A DNA stretch of 60,504 bases, the filler included, from Sphacelaria rigidula (taxonomy: Eukaryota), in NCBI GenBank assembly GCA_964200075.2. It is 5 parts of 5 records of this genome, joined end to end, with 100 filler letters (N's around TTAATTAATTAA, not from the genome) between each part and the next. Parts side by side here need not be neighbours in the genome. Positions count along the whole stretch, not along the records: positions 48,485 to 60,504 come from CAXNAA020004224.1; 4 more parts are not named here. One strand, 5' to 3'. Of this stretch, positions 51,758-60,504 are shown in pieces. Below the pieces are notes generated by a model. The model was not told where the DNA came from, did not search any database, and worked only from the letters and a program-made list of their open reading frames with translations. Positions within the stretch are counted from its first letter, which is position 1, and each line of letters starts with the position of its first letter. The position numbers and the translations under genes are program-made.

Positions 51758-54452
51758 TAGGGCTGTGACCTGGCTGCTCTGGCTAGTCAAGTTGAAATTG
51801 GCCGCGCCAGTGGCCAGAACATCGATGTTCTTCCAGTTAATCGGCGCCAATTAACTGGATAAAACACCGCCTTGAGCCGCAAATGCCCCCCCCGGCTGGT
51901 GAGAAGGCTCCGCGGGAGCGCCGCCGGAGGCGAGAAAAACTGGGTTATTTCGCTTGTTTTTCCTTGAAAATGTAAAAATTGTAGAAAATGTGACCCCTCA
52001 CATTGAGGAGCTAAACGTCTTCGCTGACATTCAAATCCCATTCAGAGCGATGAGCGATTCGAAAATCATTCATCTTTAATATGCAGTGACAGACTTTGCG
52101 TGAGGAGAGGAGGATGTAAACAAGCGAAGGCTGGCAGCACGCTGGGATAAGGTATGCTGGAAAACAAAATGCCTTCATTTTGTTTTCGGGAGAGGTTCGG
52201 GCGCTCTCGTAAACAAATGTTTGTTACTATGCTAAACCGCTCTGAACTAAAGAAAAACGAAAGAATTTGACCCTTTTTTCTTGGTTCATTATGCCCTAGC
52301 GAAGTCTCACACGAAATTTCAATACGTACACAAACACCAAACGTGGGCCGGTTTGTGGCGCGAATTTTTACCGACCCGATTTTGAAACGTCTCATTCGCA
52401 ATTTAATATTTAGAGTTGGAGCGTAAAATTTGGTACGGACAACCGATAGGGCATAATAAGCACTGGTATGCGTGGACTCGAGGAGTTTTTTTTTCATCAA
52501 TCAAATGCACTAATCAGTTTTCAGGTTTCAGTAAAATGTCATTAAATCATGGAAAATATATATATTTGGGTCCATGCAGGAGGTCCATGCATATTTTTTT
52601 TTTATTATGCCCTATGGATTGTCCATACCAAATTTTAGGGGCCAGCTCAAAGTGTTCAATTTCGAATGGGCCTGCAAACTCCAAATCCTAGGGCTGTGAA
52701 CTGGAGCAGTTTGTACTAGCGGTTAAACTGGAACTGGAGTTTAACTGGAACTGGTGACGAGGACTCTAGTCCATCCAGTTTATTTGAGGTTTGCCGTTAC
52801 CGGCTATGTTTATGTCAATTGTAGTATTGTGAGTCTATGACAAAGATGCTTACATTATTACAAACAAAGTGACAGTAGAGTAGGAACCTGCACCTGACAG
52901 CAGTACAAGTAAATACAGTACTCGTGGTACGAGCTGAGCCAGCCCAGAAGCGGATTTGGAGTTTCCAGGCCCATTCGCAATTTAAAGTACTGGGCGTGAA
53001 CCATTTCTCGTCAGAAGGGTTTTTCACGCGATTACTTTTTGATAGAACTTGAAAGTGCTACAGCGTCGGTGGATTTTGACATTGAACAGATCGTCTTCCT
53101 CCCCCCAGTACCCAAGTTGGTGTTAGTTGGTGTTATTGGGCGATACAGGTAGATACCCCCGTTTATCAGGAGGGTCTTATTGATCGTAAAACACAGTTTT
53201 TCGGCTCTATAATAGTGTAATGAGTAGGTAGAAATTCAAAACAACATACCTGTACATTTCTTCACAGATACCATCAGGACAGGCTCGATCGATCGAAAAT
53301 ATCGAAGAGTCAGAATCTGGCCTAGAACGTGTCACGACACTCCCGATGACCGGTCAGCCCGTAAGTCACTCAATATTCAGTACAGATTATTTTTTTTCTT
53401 GGAATGTGGAGCGGATACAAGTATCTTCAGATCTCCAATGTGACGAGCGGTGACAAGCGAAAGGGCCCAGGGTGAATCGCGAATTACGAAGAAGTTACAA
53501 AATGAATAGTTTAGGCGCCCAGTACTGTAATACTGAGAGTTGGACCCTAAAATTTGGTATGGACAACCGATGGGGCATGATGAAAAAAAATGTACATGGA
53601 CCCGAATAACTTTTTCTTCATGACTTGGCGGTATTTTACGGATACCTGAAAACTGATTGTTGCCTTTAACTCAATGAAAAACAAATAATCAGGTCCACGC
53701 ATAACTGTTTTCATTACGCCCTACTCATTGTCCATGCCGAATGTTAGGCTCCAACTCTGAATATTGGCATGCGAATGGGCCACTGAAAATATCGGTTCGG
53801 TAAAAGTGGGAACAGTATTTTGCAGGCCACTTACCGGCCCACGTTTGTTGTTTGTGTATTGAAAGTTTGAGTTGGGACCTCGCTAGGGCATAATGAACCA
53901 AAAGAAGTGGGTTGGGTTGTTCTATTTTGTGTTTTCTCATGGTTTAGGGCGTTTTAGTATAGTGACGATCATTTTTCCCGAGAACGCCCGAACCTCTTCC
54001 CCCCCCCAAAAATGACTATCCATTGCTTTCTTTTAGCACATATTATCCCCGCGTGCTGTCAGCCTTCGCTTGTGTGCATCCTCCTCTCCTCAAGGAGAGT
54101 ATATGCTGCCGCATAACACAAATGAATGGTTTTCGAATCGCTCTCGGCTTTGAATGGGATTTGAATGTCATTTAAGACGTTCAGCTCCTCAATGTGAGGG
54201 GCCACGTCCTCCACAATTGTCTACATTTTTTAAAGGAAAAACAAGCCAAATAACGCAGTTTTTCTCGCCTCCGGCGGCGCTCCCGCGGGGCCCCCTCACC
54301 AGCCGGGGAGGGGCGTTTGCGACTCGCGGCTTAGCCGCGAGTCGCCGATGTTTTTCCAGTCAATCGGGGCTGATTAACTCGAAAAACATACATGTACTGG
54401 CCGCTGGCGCGGCCAGTTGAAACTCAACTGTCCAGAGCAGCCAGGTCACAGC
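51758..54452. mobile_element. Large foldback structure with ~900-bp inverted arms
   Basis: 51760-52650 is reverse-complement similar to 53535-54452; termini GCTGTGACCTGGCTGCTCTGG / CCAGAGCAGCCAGGTCACAGC. Confidence 0.82.
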
Positions 54453-54625
54453 ATTAAAACATTATCATCACTCGCTGTATATATATATATATATGTATAT
54501 TTCGGGGTTCCCTATAAGCTTTAGTATCGAGTTATGTCTCAGTACGTCACGGGATTCACTTAGCATGGATGTTGCTTAGTCAACGAGAAAGACTCTGACC
54601 GGGCTGTTGAGCAGATGGACATCTA

Positions 54626-55143
54626 CAAGGTTGTGTTTCTGTAGGGTACGGTTTTCTGTATACCCGGGGTATTTTCCCGGGGTATTTTTCGTACCAGACA
54701 AATCTGTGACTTCCGTAAGACTTTCATGCTGTTACCCATCAGTTCTGCAATCTCTGTAAGACTTTCATACCCTTACCCGATACTTCCGTGATCTCTGTAA
54801 GACTCCCGTACCGTTATCGGGGGGCACAGGTACGGTTTTGATCATATACCCGATTGCGGGTACGGTTTTGTGTGCAACGTCCATACCCCACTCGACAGTT
54901 TTTGTGAGTTCTGTAAGCCTCCCATACCCTTACCCGAAAGATCTGTGAGTTCTGTACAGAATATTCACCCGTACCCGGAGCGCGGGTATGCTCTTGAAGA
55001 AATACCCGATTGCCGGTACGTTTTTGTGTAATAAGCCTCCCACCCCGTACCCGACAAGTTCTGGAATTTCTGTAAGACTTTCATCCAGTACCGGTATCCG
55101 ACAGTTCTGTGAGCTCTGTAAGCCTCCCATACCCCTATCCGAG
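54626..55143 (+). mobile_element. CAAGG-terminated TIR element with internal subrepeats (left part)
   Basis: Starts CAAGGTTGTGTTTCTGTAGGGTAC; repeated CTGTAAGACTTTCATACCC / CTGTAAGCCTCCCATACCC; colinear with 56240-56779. Confidence 0.75.
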
Positions 55144-55146
55144 GTT

Positions 55147-55505
55147 AGGGTGTTTGTGTGTGTTGCCATCCCATCTATTCTGGACGCCGGTCTACACCTC
55201 TCGGTATATGCGGGCGAACCAACCGGGGTCACACAGGAATAAGGTCGGCACAGACAGGAACTTTTTTTTTTTAGTACCCCACCTTCCTTCTGCGGTGCTT
55301 GCCTTTATTTCCATCACGAGAGGGGTTCAGCAGTCCCTTTCCCTCGTCGACTGTCAAGTCGAATTTTGTGTACCCACGACATAATGGTCGCTCTCCACTC
55401 TTGGGCATGGTGTGAGAAAAAGTCCCAGATCGCTCCGAGAGCTGAATCGACGACCCAACCGTCAGAAGGTTTCGAGGTTAGCAACTGAGCTACCGGTGCG
55501 ACCGG
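55147..55505 (-). mobile_element. SINE family A, full-length copy
   Basis: Minus strand GGTAGCTCAGTTG head, conserved body, (CA)n tail. Confidence 0.82.
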
Positions 55506-56239
55506 TTTAGTTGAGGGTATACCGTTGTAGATATACCCGATAGCAGATATGAGCACAGGTATATATATTGGGGAGGTACGGATGTAGGTTTCGGGAGGTA
55601 CGGATGTAGGTTTAATGTAAAACACAACCTCATGACCTGAACATGTGCCTCCCATCGATCAACCCACCCAACCCCTTCATTCAAACTGCACACCGACAAA
55701 AATTCAATGTTGAAAAGTTCTCAAGTTTGAAATCTGACGGAAGACGAGGTACCGTCGAGTGGAAGCACGAAACATGAGCAGCACTGCAGACCCTCATGAT
55801 GGGTCACCCCCAGACTCGAGTGGTGGCTCGAGAGGGAGCGGTTCATCTTCGCCACCAGGGGATCAAGTAGCAAGACGCACGTCATCGACGTTGATGGTGG
55901 TTGTGCCGTGGTCATCAAACCCTAGGCCGTTATCGACATGCACAGCACAAAGTATGAGCTGCCACCGAAAGTCGTCAAGGCCGTGGGTGATTTTGTCGTG
56001 TGCCGAAGGGCTTTCAGAGAGCGGGCAGCCGTCAAAGCGCCTCCATGTACTCTCTGGGAGTGTACGTGGAGCCGATAGATGTTGATGACCCTGTGCACAT
56101 GTACTCCTGCGATTGTTCGTGTAGTCTTTCTCTACAGTATCGACCCCGTGAAGCTATTCAGGGTTCTCGTGAACTGTCATCTGTATTTCGACACTGTTGC
56201 GGTGACGTAGGTCCCCTCACAGGGGTGTGATGATAATAC

Positions 56240-56779
56240 CAAGGTCGTGTTTTGTAGAGTACGGTTTGCTGTATACCCGGGGTATTTTCCCGGGTAGTTA
56301 CCGCATCCGACAGTTCTGTAATCTCTGTAAGACTTTCATACCCTCGTCCGATACTTCCGTAATCTCTGTAAGACTCCCGTACCGTTACCGGGGGGCACGG
56401 GTATGCTTTTGATGAGATACCTGGTTGCGGGTACGGTTTTATGTGCAACCTCCATACCCTACCCGACAGTTTCTGTGAGTTCTGTAAGCCTCCCATACCC
56501 TTACTCGACAGTTCTGTGAGTTCTGTATAGAATGTTTACCCGAACCCGGAGCGCGGGTATGCTCTTGAAATACCCGATTGCCGGGACGGTTTTTCTGTAA
56601 GCCTCCCGCATCCCGTACCCGACAAGTTCTGTAATTTCTATAAAACTTTCAAACCGGTACCCGACAGTTTTGTCATTTCTGTGAGACTTTCATACCGATA
56701 CTCTATATTTCTGTAAGTTCTTCAGTAAGGAATCTCATACCCTATAAAACATACCCGTACCCTACAGAACACAATCTTA
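56240..56779 (+). mobile_element. CAAGG-terminated TIR element (hAT-like MITE)
   Basis: CAAGGTCGTGTTTTGTAGAGTACGG ... CCGTACCCTACAGAACACAATCTT; same terminus family as 19970-20200. Confidence 0.8.
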
Positions 56780-59700
56780 TCCATCTATATACACCTTATA
56801 CCTTGATTGGACGATTGAGTAACAAGATGTACGATCACGGCCCAATTCGTCTCGTCGATGAAATATTATGGCTGTGACCTGCTGTGACAGTTTAAATCCG
56901 CTGTTAGGCTGGCCCAGCTCGTATCGACTAAGGACAATCGTTTGCTCCGTACCACTTCAGCACCTCAAGGTATCCCTCTTCGCCAGCCGCACAACATGTA
57001 TGTGCCGTCGTCCCAAGGACATCCGTGAGTCCGAGCATGCTGGCATTGTAGGCGTCCGGAGATACTGCACAACCGTTTCCAGCTGCTACCACGACGACTG
57101 CGCATGCCTTAACGTCCCAGCGGCACCCGCTTTCTTCGTGGACGCCAGACCTGCAATCATGCCGCTAGCTTCAAGAGGCAGCTCCCTTTGGACGACCGCC
57201 CCACGCCCTCCTCCATCATTCGGACACCCCGGCGGCCATGGTAAGTAGTCCCCAGCACAGCTGGCGAAGGGCACGAAGACAGTGTGTAAGGGTGTTGGCG
57301 TAATCTTGCAGCACCTTTTCAGGATTATGATACCGTACGTGCCCAATTTATCTCTATGCGCCTCCAGCACAATTGTTACACTGTCTTGCGAGTGTCTACT
57401 GCAGCGTGCTGTACTACACCGCAGTGTGTTGTAAGATCTGTGTTTACGCTGTCGGTTGCTTCTTGAGGTAAACCACGAGCATAGTCGGCAATAACAAAGA
57501 TTCAAAGATTCACGTAGGTGGGGTGGGGGGTGCAGTGGGGTCGGGGGGGGAAGCGTGGGGCGGGGGGGGGGGGGGGGCTATGCTTGTGGGGTACCCGCAT
57601 GTTCCGTTTCGTGACGGTAACGTTTCATCGATATAGTTCCAAAGTGGTTCGTCGGCGGCGGATGTTCATCGATCGAGCCGAGCTGGTCACAGCTTACAAC
57701 AAAGCCGGTTTGCCTCTCCTTGTCACAGCGGCCATCTCGATCGATTATACCTCCAACTTCGGACACAAGACTTAAACTGTCAAGTGAGTGGCTACGCAAG
57801 ATCTGAAGAAAAGAGGTCGATGAACAGTTCGCCCAGAGATTGGTGTCGAGATCCTGAACTCGTTGCATGCTTGTTCGTCAAGTCTCGTCCTCGACCACCC
57901 ACAACATACGAAAGCCACTCCGTCCGCACGGAAGTCATACATCTCGCTAGTTCCAAAGATTCACGAGAATTGCCATCTACCGCCAGCGCGCACCAGAGAG
58001 AGAGTAAGTAGTTCCTGTACAACGGCATTGCTAAGTGGCAAATTCGGCGCCTGCCGCGGTTGGATTTTGGTTGTGCCACAAGTATCAAATAGTCAACAGA
58101 GATCTGACGACGGAAGTGCGTGAGAGTTTGCGTTGTTTGTGATTCTACAAGCTTCCCCACGAAGGAATCTCGACAAACGGTCAACTATACCACTAGGCCA
58201 CATCGGTATTCAGTTATTATGGTATAGTTTGCGCTGCAGAAGCGCACGATGTTGCGCCGTACAGCTTGCATACGATAGCACATGCATTGCAACGTCGAAA
58301 AGCGGGGGGTTCGAAATCGTATCAGGAGTACATTCGTCCCTCATCGCGTCACTCGCGGCCACCGAAACCATAGAGGCAAGGAGTGTCCACGAAGAGGACA
58401 TTTGACATTTGAACTACGTGTGAGCATTTTGTTCACGAATCGGACATCTCAACATTGATTTCACCTTCGAACATATGTTACACAGCGCTCTCAACGGTGT
58501 ACTGCTTCATAATGTAAAATGTCCACATCATGAACTACAGATGTGAAGTTCGATTCCCGGCATGCTCGAATAATGGTTGGCAGTGGGATTTTAAATGGCG
58601 AGAGACGAAGCTGGAGAAGGGCAGACAGTCCCGGATCAAGATCACTAATGTTTCATGCCGGAGTGGACCACACGCCATATCTTATGCTCACGAAGCGGAC
58701 ATGTGACCTAGGAACCAGTAGTGAGCCTTCACGACTATTCGAGCGCCAAATACCCACTGGACGGTCAGGGAAAGCACTGCTTTTTTGGAGTTGAAAACCT
58801 CAACCTCATTTTCGAAAAAAATGTTACAGCTACAAGTGAGCCCATCGTCCCGAACCCCATTGTAGTGATGCCAACTGAAGCTAAAAAACACTACGTACTG
58901 TATGCCTGAAAATCCAGGATTCTGCGTCTCATATTTTAAATCACACGGGATCTAATATTATAGAAGAATGTAAAGAAGGATGCTATCTGTGTATCCTCAT
59001 CAAAATGAAGGTATGTTCAGCAAACATTCAGATGCATAATGCACAATTTCCGATAAAGTTTCTCTCGGAAATGTGCATTTTCGGCCCTACAGCGTCGTTT
59101 TTCGCCCGAGAGGAATTAGGTGTATTTTGGCACATCAGAATGACTTACTCTACTCTTTGAGAGGATTCCGTGGTACGTACCTACCTACCCGGCTGCTCCC
59201 CTGCTTGAAACGATGAGGTGTGACCCCGGGATTTTCGCTCGAGATTTGGGAGTTACTTGAGACCTGAAAACTTGAGAGATGTGCACGTTAATCATTCCGA
59301 GGTTGCCATTGGTGTAGGTTTATAATTTCCTTGGCTTCTCGTTAGTTTGGCCCATTTGATCGAGATTTGAGAAAACATGCGAGTGATGCAACGACTCCCC
59401 CCGCCAAAAGGGCCAAAACACTGTCACCATGAATTGGCTGTACAGCGCAATCGAGGTGACGGTGGGTGATTTCGGAAAATAGGTCTTGGAATATGTCGTG
59501 AATAACATAGATGGCAAGTCTCAGAAACCAGGACTTGAAAAATACTTCGAAGAATGCAAATATATGCATAGCTGGATTCAGAAATCAGGCTTGAAACGTA
59601 TTTTGAAGAATATATACGCATATAGGTGGTTTCATAAATCAGGTTGGAATACCTCACATGTAGGTGTTGCCCAGGTCCCCGTTACACTGTCCTGGGGGGC

Positions 59701-60504
59701 CTACCGCGGCATCACTCACCCGCCCAACTTTTCGGAGTGAGGAAAACTATCGCAACAATGACCTTTGAATTGTCGGTCTGCAGTTAGTTGCTCTCAAAAT
59801 TATAAGTCTTAAATCCCGAGCAAAAACTCTGAGATATGTGCTGTAGATTCCCAAGGACGTGTAAATCCCATGCAATCACCCTTGTTGATATTTTCCCCTT
59901 CGTTTACCTTGGTCGTAGCTTCCGAGTTGATGTCGATGATCCAGGAGTTGAAACGGGTATCGTTCGTCTTGCCTTGATGTCCACCACTACACGCTCATCA
60001 GCTTTCAGTGTCATTAAACAAGAATTCGAGTTCTATAACTTACGCACCAATTCATCACCAACGGGTACCGCTACGAGGCAGTATTTGGTGTCCCAAGATG
60101 GTATGAAGAGATTGAATTGCCTGCATGACCGACGAGTGATTCTACGGTAGGGGTGCACAATTTTCTTTTGAGGCTCCGCACTTTGGGAGCCTCTCGTTGA
60201 GAAACATCTGAGCCTTCATGTGCAGCCTCCGAAACCTTTGGGGCTAAAAAGTCCACCTCTACTATCGTAGAAAAGTAGGAACGATGCTCCGTCTCGAAAG
60301 GGATGCATGGCCAGGGGTAAAACGACTAAGGCAAGCAACAAACGAATACTACGCCTCCCACCGGTGACGCACCCATGAAGCAGTGTGTAAGCCGTGGCTA
60401 TCTCTGGAAGTGGCGATTCCACAGAATAAAGCAACTCATTGTAAGCTGTAATCCAAATGCAGATCATCAGTAGGCTTCGGGTCGAACAATCTTAGCAGGA
60501 TGCA

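Overview
Eukaryotic, intron-rich, repeat-dense DNA, most likely from a brown alga (Phaeophyceae). That assignment is an inference from the ubiquitin sequence, the long GT-AG introns and the repeat landscape. The window is not contiguous: five segments of 12021, 12021, 12021, 12021 and 12020 bp are joined by 100-bp N/TTAATTAATTAA spacers, so linkage only holds within a segment. Segment 1 holds five phase-consistent exons of an EHD-family ATPase. Segment 2 holds the main discovery, a ~4.15-kb uninterrupted coding stretch for an Ebony-like NRPS (A domain, T domain, AANAT-fold domain) with an extra C-terminal GNAT acetyltransferase; it converges on the last three exons of a monoglyceride-lipase-like alpha/beta hydrolase. 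Segment 3 holds a two-exon mono-ubiquitin gene. Segment 4 holds the last two exons of a Gly/Ala/Ser/Pro-rich protein. Segment 5 is essentially all repeats. The remainder comprises at least three tRNA-derived SINE families, several MITE/foldback elements, LINE 3' fragments and minisatellites.
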